Assembly: GCA_963839575.1 (NCBI GenBank)
Contig: CAWIVQ010000003.1
Location: forward strand, 2,269,378 to 2,333,377
Reading direction: 5' to 3'
Origin: an uncultured Actinomycetes bacterium
GTDB taxonomy: Bacteria; Actinomycetota; Acidimicrobiia; IMCC26256; PALSA-610
Length of the DNA: 64,000 nucleotides
Part shown: piece after piece, positions 20,340 to 30,864 of the stretch
Layout of the letters: every line of letters begins with the position of its first letter
How positions within the stretch are numbered: the stretch's first letter is position 1
The notes under the pieces: model-generated
Told to the model about the DNA's origin: nothing
Seen by the model: only the letters and a program-made list of their open reading frames with translations
Database searches by the model: none
Made by a program: the position numbers and the translations under genes

Positions 20340-20653
20340 GAGCGCGCCTCTTCCTGCTTCACCCATCGGAACGAAAAGAGACCCGGCGTGCACCGCGGCG
20401 GCTCTGCTGTCCAAACCGCGCTGACGATGGTGATCGCGACGTTCGCAACCGCGCTCGGCATCACGTTCGCCGCGCCGGGCGCCGAGACCTTCCTCCGGGC
20501 CGGTGCTGCGACGCGGCGGCGCTCCTCGCGCGCGTAGAAGATCCCGCCGTAGCACGTGGAAACTACTGTCGGGTAAGGCCTTTGGCCCCTTTTTTCGGAC
20601 CGGGTCGCACCGGTACGCTGGCGCCAAGTTGGCGGCGGGTAAAGGGGCCCCGA

Positions 20654-20956
20654 ATGGCTTTGCAGACCGACGTTCCAGTGCTCGTTCCAGTGCTTCGACC
20701 TCTCGCAGAATCCCCGGTCGAGGCTCCACTCCCGGCGCATGTGCGCTGTCTGTGTCGGTTCGAGAACGGCACTGTCTTCGCGTACGCGGAACGCGGGCAC
20801 GAGTTCATACGCGCGAGCGACCGGGAGTTGTGGGCCGTGGAGCGCGACGGCACGCTCGTGTCGGCACGATCGGGCAGTGTGCTGGCGCAGCGTCGCGGTC
20901 GCGTCTACTTCGCCTCCGACACCGAGACGCCGTTGTACTACGAGCGCGCGGTCTAG
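20654..20956 (+). CDS. hypothetical protein carrying an uncharacterised ~85-aa domain (paralogous to the C-terminus of the gene at 55385..56415)
   Basis: CRFENGTVFAYAERGHEFIRASDRELWAVERDGTLVSARSGSVLAQRRGRVYFASDTETPLYYERAV aligns with [40 protein letters not shown]...[12 protein letters not shown]. Confidence 0.6.
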   Translation: MALQTDVPVLVPVLRPLAESPVEAPLPAHVRCLCRFENGTVFAYAERGHEFIRASDRELWAVERDGTLVSARSGSVLAQRRGRVYFASDTETPLYYERAV

Positions 20957-20984
20957 GAAATCCGCGCTCTCGGGAACGCGCGGT

Positions 20985-21602
20985 TCAGGGGCGGGCCGGT
21001 TCGAGCAACAGCGTGATCGCGTCGGCGAGGTCGTCGGTGACGGTCGCGATCGAGATCCGGCCCGCTACCCAGGACCGCAGCCGCGCGGCCAGCACCGCGT
21101 CGACAACCGTCACGATGCGCTGCGCCGTATCGCGGTCGACGGATTGGATCGCCTCGACGTAGATGTCGTTCGTCGTTTGCGCGAGCCGGGCGAGGATCTC
21201 GGCGGCGAACGGGTCCGACGACGTCTCCAAGGTGGCGACGAGTCGCGCCAGCGACGGCTGGCGTTGAAACGCCCGCACCGATCGGTTGATCACCTGCGTG
21301 AGGCGTTGCGCGTCGGTGGTGCCGCGCAGGGGGTTGCGTGAGATGTTCGTGCGCAACGTCGCGGCCCAGGACACGAGTACCTCGGCGAAGAGGTGCTCCT
21401 TGGACGCGAAGTAGTGGTACAGGGTGCCCAGGGCGACGTTGGCTTCCTCGGCGACGTCTTTGACCTGGATCTTGTCGAAGTCGCGTTCGCCGAGGAGCGC
21501 GAGACCGGCGGCGACGATCCGGTTACGCCGCGCCTGTTGCGCGTGCGTGAGCTTGGCCGGCAGGAGGTTCGACGGTCTGAGCGTCGGTGTGGCGTCGGGC
21601 AT
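20985..21602 (-). CDS. TetR family transcriptional regulator
   Basis: Intact 205-aa ORF with the HTH VKDVAEEANVALGTLYHYFASKEHLF. Confidence 0.9.
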   Translation of the reverse strand: MPDATPTLRPSNLLPAKLTHAQQARRNRIVAAGLALLGERDFDKIQVKDVAEEANVALGTLYHYFASKEHLFAEVLVSWAATLRTNISRNPLRGTTDAQRLTQVINRSVRAFQRQPSLARLVATLETSSDPFAAEILARLAQTTNDIYVEAIQSVDRDTAQRIVTVVDAVLAARLRSWVAGRISIATVTDDLADAITLLLEPARP

Positions 21603-21616
21603 TCCCAGCCCAGTAT

Positions 21617-21635
21617 ACTAGAACGCGATTCTAGT
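21617..21635. promoter_or_regulatory. candidate TetR operator (inverted repeat ACTAGAA-N5-TTCTAGT)
   Basis: Palindrome in the 56-nt divergent intergenic region between the TetR gene (start 21602) and the amidohydrolase gene (start 21659). It is the AT-richest spot locally. Confidence 0.5.
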
Positions 21636-21658
21636 TTCGGAACTCTTCAGGAGGACTC

Positions 21659-22883
21659 GTGTCGTCAGCGACCGATCAGCGGTACACGATCATCTCTTCC
21701 GACACCCACGCCGGTGGAAGTCACGCGCAGTACCGGGAGTTCCTGGAAAAGAAGTACGTCGACGATTTCGACGCATGGCGCGCGAAGTACAAGAACCCCT
21801 TCAAGGACCTGGGTGACCAACGGCGTTGGCGCAACTGGGACAACGACATGCGCAACGGTCAACAAGACGCCGACGGTGTGGTCGGTGAGGTCATCTTCCC
21901 GAACACCGTGCCGCCGTTCTTCCCGAGCTTCGTCCTGTTCGCGGCGCCGCCGAAGCCCGACGAGTACGAGCACCGGCTCGCCGGTGTGCGCGCCCACAAC
22001 CGTTGGCTCGAGGACTTCTGCGGGCAGTTCCCGGAGCGGCGCGCCGGCATCGGTCAGTTCTTCGTGAACGACATCGACGACGCGATCGAAGACATCAAGT
22101 GGATCAAGGAGCACGGCCTGCGCGGCGGCGCGCTGCTGCCGTCGGTGCCGCCGGACGCCACCTGGCTCAAGCCGCTCAACCACCCCGACTACGACCGCTT
22201 GTGGGCGGTGGCCGAGGACCTCGACGTGCCGCTCAACTGCCACGGTGGAGTCGGCGGCCCGTCGTATCTCCCGCACCCGTCGTCGGCATTGATCCAGATC
22301 ACCGAGCTCGGCAACTACTCCCGTCGACCGCTGATCTTCATGCTGTTGTCGGGCGTGTTCGAGCGTTTCCCCAAGCTCAAGTTCGTGATGACCGAGCAGG
22401 GCTGTGCGTGGATCCCGTCGTTCCTCGCGCAGATGGACGACGTGTTGAAGCGCGTGAAGAAGGCCGGCGCGATCGGCGAGCTGCGGTTCAAGCCCGAGCA
22501 CATCCTCCCGAAGTCGGCAACCGAGTACTTCCAACAGAACGTGTGGCTCGGCGTCAGCTTCCCCGGTCCGGCCGACGCTCGTGCCGCGAGGGAGACGGTG
22601 GGCGTCGACAAGTTCATGTGGGGTTCCGACTACCCGCACGACGAGGGCACCTACCCGTTCTCGCGTGAGGCGTTGCGCCAGGTGTTCTCCGACTGGAGCC
22701 CCGCCGACATGCAAAAGATCCTCACCGACAACGTGGCCAAGCTTTATGACTTCGACGTCGCCGCGCTCGAAGCCTCTCGCGGATCAGTTCGGTCCGACGC
22801 AGGCCGAGCTGGCGCAGCCGTTGCTCGAGCTGCCGGAGAACCCGAACGAGGCGTTGCTCCGCGTGAAGGTGCCCGCCGCGTAG
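21659..22883 (+). CDS. amidohydrolase-2 family metal-dependent hydrolase/decarboxylase (ACMSD-like), one frame change near 22770
   Basis: CAGGAGGA SD before GTG. IISSDTHAG, NCHGG, MWGSDYPHDEGTYP. The C-terminus PLADQFGPTQAELAQPLLELPENP is in a second frame. Confidence 0.8.
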
Positions 22884-22916
22884 GCGCGCACCCCGCGCCG
22901 TCCGGGCGCCGTCGCG

Positions 22917-23363
22917 CTACGAATCGGATTCGCGTTCGCGCTTTTCGATCTCTCGTTCGCGCAACGTCAGCTCGCGCTCGCGAAGCTCCGCCTCGCGTCG
23001 GTCGAGGTCGGCGTTCTTGGCGCGCTGCTCGGCTTCCCAGACGTCGAGCCGCCGATCGAGCTCTTCTGAGCGCCGGTCGGTGATGACTTCGGGCGTCGCG
23101 TTGAAGCGCGGTTGATCCTCGTAACCGACCGGGCGGCGGGACGAGAAGTCGGTCGACACCGGCCGCCAACTTCCCTTCGCGGGCCGCCCGAGCAGGAGCC
23201 AGGCGAGCGCGCCGATGTCGGCGAGGATCACGACGACGATCAGCCAGATGCCCTTGGGCAGGTTCCGGCAGAGCGTCGGCGTCGGTCGCGATGACGTCGA
23301 GGACCGCCCAGACCCAGAAGGCGAACACGAGGATGAAGACGAGTCCCGAGGCTTCGAACAGCA
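22917..23363 (-). CDS. PLDc_N-domain small membrane protein with coiled-coil tail (one frame change near 23285)
   Basis: [27 protein letters not shown], then [28 protein letters not shown], then an E/R-rich repeat ([21 protein letters not shown]). Confidence 0.65.
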   Translation of the reverse strand, partial: CCSKPRDSSSSSCSPSGSGRSSTSSRPTPTLCRNLPKGIWLIVVVILADIGALAWLLLGRPAKGSWRPVSTDFSSRRPVGYEDQPRFNATPEVITDRRSEELDRRLDVWEAEQRAKNADLDRREAELRERELTLREREIEKRERESDS

Positions 23364-23497
23364 CGGTCGCACCCCCTCGTCGGCCTCGCGTACCGGAATT
23401 CCGGGCCAGGGTAGCGGTGGCGCCGCGGTCCAATACACTGGTCGGCAGCGAGCCGGTCGAATTGGTCGGTCGGTCGTGTATCAGAAACGAGTATTTC

Positions 23498-23698
23498 GTG
23501 GCACAAGGCACGGTCAAGTTCTTCAATGCCGAAAAGGGTTACGGCTTCATCTCCCGCGAGCAAGGTGACGACGTGTTCGTTCACTTCTCCGCAATTCAGG
23601 GTGACGGATACAAGACCCTCGACGAGGGCCAGCGCGTCGAGTTCGACGTGGCGCAGGGCCGCAAGGGCCAAGAGGCGCAGAACGTCCGCGTCATCTGA
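23498..23698 (+). CDS. cold-shock protein (CspA family)
   Basis: [31 protein letters not shown] contains the RNP1/RNP2 motifs. 66 aa from the GTG start. Confidence 0.9.
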   Translation: MAQGTVKFFNAEKGYGFISREQGDDVFVHFSAIQGDGYKTLDEGQRVEFDVAQGRKGQEAQNVRVI

Positions 23699-23753
23699 CG
23701 CTTCAGTCACCTCGCGGGAGCCGTCGGCACACCATGCCGGCGGCTCTTTCGCG

Positions 23754-24999
23754 TCAGCAGTGCTGGTACGCGGCGGTGCCGAGGAGCTGATCGAGCCGCA
23801 CGGGCTTCAGGCCCTTCGCGCGGAGGCCGTCGATGATGAGCGGCAACGCCTGCACGATCACGTGGCGGTTCGCGGCCGGGTTACCGTCGAGGCCGTCGTG
23901 CAGGAGCAGGATCGCGCCGGGCCGCGCGCCTGCGAGGATGCGCCGCGCGACGAGTTGGGCATCGTTCGTCGCCCAGTCGCCGGCGGAGGCGCTCCACAAC
24001 ACCATGTGCATGTGATGGTCGCGCACGACCTGCGCGAGGAACGGGGTGCGATCGCCGTGCGGCGGGCGATAGAGCACGGGACAGGTCCCGATCGCCCGCT
24101 GGAAGGCATCCTGCGTGCGCTGCAACTCGGGATAGCGCGGGTCGAGCCAGCGCCACTGGTCGTGTTCGTACGAGTGATTGCCGAGGAGCTGGCCGTCGTC
24201 GTAGAGCGCTCGCGTGATCTGCGGGTCCGCGTCGATGGCTTTGCCGACCTCGAAGAACGTTCCCTTGATGCCGTGCGCGTCGAGGATGGCCATGACCTTC
24301 TCGCTCGCGCCGATGTTCGGCCCGTCGTCGAACGTGAGCGCGACCTCGCCGCTGTTGGTCGGTCCGTGCACGACGCCGCCCCCGAACCAGTTCGCGTCCG
24401 GCGTCTCCGCGCCGAGGTAGCCGGTGAACACGAGGGTGGTCGCGACGAAGACCGTCCCGAACGCGAGAGCCCGGCCGCGACGCGAGGCGCGCGTCGGGAA
24501 GTGACCGAGCGCCGTGAGCGCGGTCGCGGCGCCAACCACGGCCACGGCGACGGCGACGAGCGCGACCTCCGTCCCGACGAGCCGCACGACCGCGAGTGCG
24601 ACGAGCGCGAGGAGTCCGCCGGCTGCGGTCCGGGCCGGTCCAACGGGTCGAGGTGAGGCGACGCGGCCGCCGAGCGCGAGGCCGATCCCGATCGCGAACA
24701 GCACCGCGATGATCACCACGGTGCCGATGTCGTCGCGTTGACCGAGCAGCCAGACCGAGGTGCACGCGACGACGCCGCCCGCGACGGCGAGGGAGCGGTT
24801 CGCGGGGAGGAAACGGGTGCGCCACCCATCCGGCCGCCAATGCGACCACGATGATCGCGAGGTCGACGGCGTGGTTCAGGTGCGGATCGGCCGACGCCGC
24901 CAAGAAGAAGGCCACCGGGGCGGCGACGGCGAGCACCGCCCGGACGGCGACCCGGAGCCGGTCGGCGTCGGGGCGCTCGGGCTGGTCCATCGGCCCCAT
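23754..24999 (-). CDS. polysaccharide deacetylase (NodB domain) with polytopic N-terminal membrane region (1-2 frame changes near 24800)
   Basis: ALTFDDGPN, GNHSYEHD and LYRPPHGD are NodB motifs. The upstream hydrophobic segments continue to ATG 24999 in another frame. Confidence 0.75.
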
Positions 25000-25046
25000 C
25001 TTGGCTCGTACGGTGCAAATTTTCGGATCGGCTTGACTTCGAGAAC

Positions 25047-25059
25047 GAGAACCGTTCTC
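25047..25059. promoter_or_regulatory. perfect 13-bp palindrome GAGAACCGTTCTC, candidate metalloregulator (Zur/Mur-like) operator
   Basis: Lies 9 nt upstream of the GTG of the Zn/Mn-type binding protein. It resembles a GC-shifted Zur half-site arrangement (TGAnAA-N-TTnTCA). Confidence 0.45.
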
Positions 25060-25067
25060 ATTATGGG

Positions 25068-25996
25068 GTGTGGTTCCCCCGGAGGTCGCCCGTCCCGCGC
25101 CTCGTCGCGCTCACGCTCGCGGGTGTGCTCGCGGGTGGGGTCGTGGGCGGCTGCAGCGGATCGTCGGCTGGTCCGGGTGTGGCGAACGGGGTCGTGAAGG
25201 TCGTTGCCGCCGAGAACTTCTGGGGCGACATCGCGACCCGGATCGGTGGGCCACACGTCGCGGTGAGGTCGATCATCACCGACCCGTCCGCCGACCCGCA
25301 TCAGTACGAGTCGGACGCGCGTGACGCGGCCGCCATGGCCGACGCGCGGGTCGTCGTCGTCAACGGCCTCGGCTACGACGACTTCGTCGCCAAGTTGTTG
25401 TCGATCACCTCGAACCGCGCCCGGGTGGTGATCACCGTGAGCGATGTGCTGCACGTGACCGGCCGCGACGCGAACCCGCACCTCTGGTACGACATCCCCC
25501 GCGTTCCCGCCGTGGCCCGCGCGATCGAGGCCGCGCTCGTCGCGGCCGATCCGGGTGATGGGGCCGTCTTCGCCGCGAACCTGAAGACGTTCGTCGCCTC
25601 GCTCGCGCCGCTCGACCGGCTGCTCGCGCGGATCACGCGCCAAGTACCGGCACGCGCCGGTTGCCTACACCGAGCGCGTTCCCGGGTACCTCCTCGATGC
25701 CGCCGGCTTGGACGTCGTGACTCCGCCCGGGTTCGCGCGGGCGATCGAGGACGGCAACGAACCGAGCGCCGGAGATGCGCAGGCGATGGACGACCTCATC
25801 CGCAGGCACCGGATCCGTGTGTTGGTCTACAACTCGCAGGCGACCAGTCCGGTGACGCAGCACGTGCGGGATCTCGCCCTCGGCGCGGGGATCCCCGTCG
25901 TTGCCGTCACCGAGACGGTGCCGGAGGCCGAGGCGGGTTACCAGGCCTGGCAACAGCACCAACTCGAGGCGCTCCTCGCGCGCGCTGGGCGGCTGA
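25068..25996 (+). CDS. metal ABC transporter substrate-binding lipoprotein (ZnuA/TroA family), frame changes near 25640 and at the 3' end
   Basis: Lipobox LAGGVVGGCSG. AENFWGDIATRIGGPHVAVRSIITDPSADPHQYE. NSQATSPVTQHVRDLA. Confidence 0.8.
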
Positions 25997-26002
25997 CGGT
26001 GG

Positions 26003-26830
26003 CCGTCGTGCGGTTGCAGCGATGCGGCGATGCGCTTCGGCGAGCGCACGTTGTTCGAGCATCTCGACCTCGACCTCGAGCCGGGCGAGTTCCTCGCGGT
26101 GCTCGGTCCGAACGGGTCCGGCAAGACCACATTGCTGCGGATCCTGCTCGGGCTCGACGCGGTTGTCGAGCGGCGCGGTCGAGATCGCCGGGCGGATTCC
26201 ACGGCGCGGGAGTCACGACGTCGGCTACGTGCCGCAGCAGCGCGCCTTCGACCGCGGACCTGCCGATCCGCGGCCGCGATCTCGTGCGGTTCGGGCTCGA
26301 CGGCCACCGGCGCGGCCTCCCGTTCGCCACCCCCGCGACCCGTGCGCGCGTCGACGCCGCGATCCGGTCGGTCGGCGCGCAGGGTTACGCATCGGCGCCC
26401 CTCGGGCTGCTGTCGGGAGGCGAGCAGCAACGGCTGCGGATCGCGCAGGCGCTGATCGGCGATCCGCGGGTGCTGTTGTGCGACGAGCCGCTGCTCTCGC
26501 TCGACCTCTCGCACCAGCAGGCGGTCAGCGAGCTGATCGACGCGCGCCGGCGCGACGCCGGGACCGCGGTCGTGTTCGTGACACACGAGATCAACCCGAT
26601 CCTGGCGTACGTCGATCGGGTGCTGTATCTCGTCGGTGGGCGCTGGGCGATCGGCACGCCCCAAGAGGTGCTCACGAGCGCAGGTCTGAGCGACCTGTAC
26701 GGCACCGAAGTGGACGTGTTGAACGTGCGAGGCCGGATCATCGTCGTCGGTTCGGACGACCGCGCTCCGACCGAGCCCGGCGGTCATCCGCATCATCACC
26801 ACGATCCGTCACGGGGCGGGATCGCATTGA
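26003..26830 (+). CDS. metal ABC transporter ATP-binding protein (ZnuC-like) with His-rich C-terminus (about 3 frame changes)
   Basis: [12 protein letters not shown] (Walker A), [15 protein letters not shown] (signature), LLCDEPL (Walker B), tail [11 protein letters not shown]. Confidence 0.75.
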
Positions 26831-27689
26831 TCGGCGACCTGGCTCTACCTCTCGCAGCCGTTCGCGCAACACGCGCTGATCGCGGGCGCGCTGGTCGCCG
26901 TCACGTGCGGCCTGATCGGACCGTTCGTCGTGACGCGCGGCATGGCGTTCGCGGTGCACGGGACGAGCGAGCTCGCGTTCACCGGCGCGGCGGCCGGTCT
27001 GCTGGTCGACAACAATCCCATCGGCGGCGCGTTGATCGGCGCGTTGATCGTCGCCGCGGTGATCGGCGCGCTCGGGGTGCGCGAGCGCGAGCGCGATTCC
27101 GCGATCGGCGTGATCCTCGCGTTCGGTCTCGGGATCGGCGTGTTGCTGCTCGGCTACTACCACGGCTTCGCGACGGCGGCGACGAACATCCTCTTCGGCA
27201 ACATCTTCGGTGTGAGCAACGACCAGCTCCTCGCGCTCGTCGCCATCGGGCTCGGGGTGGTCGTGGTGATGGCGCTGTCGTGTACCGGCCGCTGCTGTTC
27301 GCGTCGGTCGACGCCGACGTGGCGACCGCGCGCGGTGTGTCCGTCCGCGGGCTCGGTCTCGTCTTCCTGTTCGTGCTCGCGCTCACCGTCACCGCGGCGG
27401 CTCAGGTGGTCGGCACGCTGCTCGTGCTCAGCCTCGCGATCACGCCCGCCGCGGCCGCGGCGCAGCGCTGGTCGCCGAACCCGCTGACCGTCACCGGTCT
27501 GTCGATCGCGTTCGCGCTGGTCGCCGCCGACGGTGGGATCCTCGTCGAGCCTGGCGAGCACGACGATCAAACCGAGCGTCTTCGTGACCTCGATCAGCTT
27601 CGGCATCTATCTGGTCTCGAGAGTCCTCGGCCCCCGCGTGTCGCGGCACCGGCCGGCGGCCCGTTGCCGATATGGTCGCGGGCGCGTGA
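26827..27689 (+). CDS. metal ABC transporter permease (ZnuB-like), 2-3 frame changes
   Basis: ALIAGALVAVTCGLIGPFVVTRGMAFAVHGTSELAFTGAA...ILFGNIFGVS...TVTAAAQVVGTLLVLSLAITPAAAA. The predicted TGA at 27687-27689 is reachable only after one indel. Confidence 0.7.
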
Positions 27690-28774
27690 ACAACGACGAA
27701 GAACGCATCGCCCTCTTCCTCGACTACGAGAACCTCGCGATCGGCGCGCGGGAGCAGCTGCACCTGAGCGCGTTCGACTTCCGCCCGGTCGCCGACGCGC
27801 TGGCGGAGCGCGGCCGCGTCGTGGTGCGGCGCGCGTACGCCGACTGGTCGCGATTCGACGAAGACCGCCGGATGCTGACTCGCCACCACGTCGAGCTCAT
27901 CGAGATCCCGCAGCGGATGGGATCGGTGCGCAAGAACGCGGCCGACATCAAGATGGCGGTCGACGCGATCGAGCTCTGCTTCGAGCGCGACTACATCACG
28001 ACGTTCGTGCTCGGCACCGGCGACAGCGACTTCACGCCGTTGGTGCACAAGCTCCGCGAGCTCAACCGGCGGGTCATCGGTATCGGCGTCGAGGCGTCGA
28101 CCTCCGCGCTGCTGCCGCCCGCGTGCGACGAGTTCCTGTTCTACGAGCGACTCGAGGGAGTCGAGCCGGTCGCGGCGCGGCGACCGGCGAGCCGGACCGG
28201 CGCGGGCCAAGCGGTCGCGCGGCCGCCGAGGAAGGAGGCGGTCGTCGACGAAGAGCAGCCCGCCGGCGCGTGCCGAGGAGGCCGATCTCGGCGTGCTCGT
28301 GACCCAGACGCTGTCCGGGCTCGTCGCGCAGCGCCGGCGGCCCGGTGCTCGCGTCGATGCTGAAGCGCGCCATCCTGCGCAAGGACCCGACCTTCAGCGA
28401 GACCACCTACGGGTTCCGGGGATTCTCCGAGCTGTTGCGCCACCTCGAGGAGCGCGGCACTGGTCGCGCTCACGCCCGGTCCCGGCCAGGGCGATCCCGA
28501 GGTCAGCTTCCCGACCGAGGTCGGCGACGAGCAGGCGGCGTTCGCTTTGCTGCGAAAGGTCGTCGACCAGCTCACGGCCAAGTCGGGCCCGCCGCACCTG
28601 TCGGGCCTGAAGACCCAGCTCCGCAAGGTCGAGCCCGACTTCAGCGAGAAGCGGTTCGGTTACGGCGGGTTCTTGCAGTTCTGCAAGGCGGCCCGGGCGC
28701 GGGGCCTGATCGAGATGGACTGGGACGAGGACGCCGACGACTACATCGTCCGGCCCGGCTCGTCCACGCCCTGA
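27686..28774 (+). CDS. NYN-domain (LabA-like, predicted RNase) protein with two OST-HTH/LOTUS domains (about 3 frame changes)
   Basis: IALFLDYENL...RAYADW...GTGDSDFTPLVHKLRELNRRVIGIG (NYN). LKRAILRKDPTFSETTYGFRGFSELLRHLEERG and LKTQLRKVEPDFSEKRFGYGGFLQFCKAARARGLIEMD (LOTUS). Confidence 0.75.
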
Positions 28775-29064
28775 CTCCCGGCCCACGCCGGTTTCTCGGT
28801 ACGTGCGGGCCGGTGATGGTCAGGGCGTCAGCCCTTGCCGCCGCGGGCGGGGCCGCTCTTGCGGGGGTGTTCGTCTTCGCCCGCCCGCTCCCGGGCGCGT
28901 TGGCGGGCGGCCGCGGCCTCGAGCTCGGTGGGGCGTTTGGGCGGCGCGCCGGCGGTGCGGGCCGGCTTGCGAGGAACTGCCATGCCGGAAACATAGAGGG
29001 CCAGGCCACGCCCGGAGCGAAAACCGCCCGAAATCCGGCCCTCCGGGGCCCGTCGGCGGGTGAG

Positions 29065-30770
29065 CTACGCCGACCGCTCGCGGTCGTGGTCGTTCTGGTG
29101 GTCGGTGCTCGTGGTGGGCGAGCCGGTCGCGCTCGAGGGCCCGTTCCTCGTCGCTGCAGTCGTCGGCGAAGACCGGCGGAACGCCGCCGAGGCCCATCGC
29201 CGCGACCTCTTCGAGCGCCTCGACGGTGCCGTGGAGCGCCCCGGACTGGGTGAGGGAGTGGGGGAGCTTGCGGAAGACGATCACCGCGCTGATGAGGGCC
29301 AGCGCCGCGCCGACGACCACTGCGAGGTGGATGCCGTTGACGAACGCATGGCGACGCGCTCGACGCGAGCGCGTCGCCGGCCGCCGTCGGCAGCGTCGAC
29401 GCGACGTGCAGCGCGCCGGCGATCGACGTCCGCGCGCTCGCCTGGTCGGCCCGGCTGAGGCCGCGCAGCGCGGGCGCGACCGAGCTCGCGTAGCGCGACG
29501 CGGCGACGCTGCCCGAGCACCGCGATCCCGAGCGCGGCGCCGAGCTCCCGGGTCGCGTCGTTCATCGCGGAGCCGGCCCCGCGCGCCGCGGTGGCACGGC
29601 CGACATGATCGACGCGGTCATCGGTGACATCGACAGTGCGATGCCGGTGGTGAGCGGAACGACGCACAGCACGACGTACGCGTACGGCAGTGTGCGTCGT
29701 CAGGCCGGTGAACAAGAGCAGACCGGTCGCGATGCAGAGCATGCCGAACACGACGGTGCGATGCGCGCCGAAACGCGCGCTCAATCGCGGTGTGAGCGGC
29801 GCGACGACGATCATGATCATCGCGATCGGCATGAGCCGGAGCGCCGCCGACAGCGCGCTGTAGCCGAGCACGAGCTGGAAGTACTGGGTGATGAGGAACA
29901 TCACGCCGTACATCGCGACGAACACCAGGATCATGCCGCCCGTACCGGTGCTGAACGCGGGCCGCCGGAAGTAGTGCATGTCGAGCATGGGCTCGGGCGT
30001 GTGCAGCTCCCAGGCGACGAACAGGGCGAGCACGACGACCGCGACCGCGAAGGCGGCGATGGTGCCGACGCTCATCCAGCCTTTGTCGGGCGCCTCGATG
30101 AGCCCGTACACGAGGGCGACGACGCCGACGATCGACAGCACCGCGCCGAGCGGATCGAACTGCGACTCTTCGGGATCGCGCGACTTGGGAACGAGGAACT
30201 TCCCGGCGACGAGGGCGAGGACGATGATCGGCACGTTGACCAGGAAGATCGATCCGTACCAGAAGTGGCCGAGCAGGATGCCGCTCGCGACCGGACCGAA
30301 CGCGCCCGCGGCGCCGGTGACGCTCGCCCAGATCGCGATCGCCTTGGGTCGTTCGTGCGCCGGGGAAGACGTTGATGATGATCGACAACGTCGACGGCAT
30401 GATCGAGCGCGCCGGCGACGCCCATGATCGCGCGGCACGCGATCAGCTGGCCCATGCCCGTCGACTCCGACGCGAGCGCGGCGCCGACGAGGAACAGCAC
30501 CAGCCCGAGTTGCAGCGCGCCCTTGCGCCCGAAGCGATCGCCGAGCGCGCCGGTGGAGAACAAGAGGCCGGCGAACACGAGCGAGTAGACCGCGACGACC
30601 CACTGCAGCTGCGACTCGGTGGCGTGCAGCTCGCGCGAGAGGGTCGGGATCGCGACGTTCAGGCTCGAGTTGCCGACGAACACGATCAGCAGGCTCAGGC
30701 AGAGCACCGCGAGCGTCCACCAACGGCGATCGAACGCGAGATCGGCCGGGCTCTTGGTCGCGGCTTCCAT
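29065..30770 (-). CDS. MFS transporter, DHA2 (EmrB/QacA, 14-TMS) drug:H+ antiporter type (4-5 frame changes)
   Basis: WWTLAVLCLSLLIVFVGNSSLNVAIPTLSREL, LGDRFGRK and WYGSIFLVNVPI, with many TM segments across three frames. The 3' end is uncertain. Confidence 0.75.
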
Positions 30771-30826
30771 GGTCACTCCGGGGATGGCAGGACGGCAGAG
30801 ACATGTCGGGTGGCAACGCCGGAAGT

Positions 30827-30857
30827 GGAATACGTGTTCCGGATCCTCTACTATAAT
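30827..30857. promoter_or_regulatory. candidate TetR operator (GGAATACGTGTTCC) plus TATAAT -10 box for a leaderless TetR transcript
   Basis: Imperfect 14-bp palindrome at 30827-30840. A perfect TATAAT at 30852-30857 ends 7 nt before the ATG at 30865. Confidence 0.5.
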
Positions 30858-30864
30858 CGGAATC

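Noticed and set aside
20573-20596. GGCC-TTT-GGCC hairpin followed by CCTTTTTTC, resembling an intrinsic terminator on the plus strand.
   Set aside because: The stem is only 4 bp and there is no upstream plus-strand gene to terminate. It lies in the promoter region of the gene starting at 20654. It is possibly a UP-like T-tract, but the evidence is insufficient.
28828-28983. 51-aa basic minus-strand ORF MAVPRKPARTAGAPPKRPTELEAAAARQRARERAGEDEHPRKSGPARGGKG between the NYN-LOTUS and MFS genes.
   Set aside because: It has a proper ATG and fits the gap. However, it has no recognisable family, is compositionally biased, and I cannot show conservation, so it is not listed as a feature.
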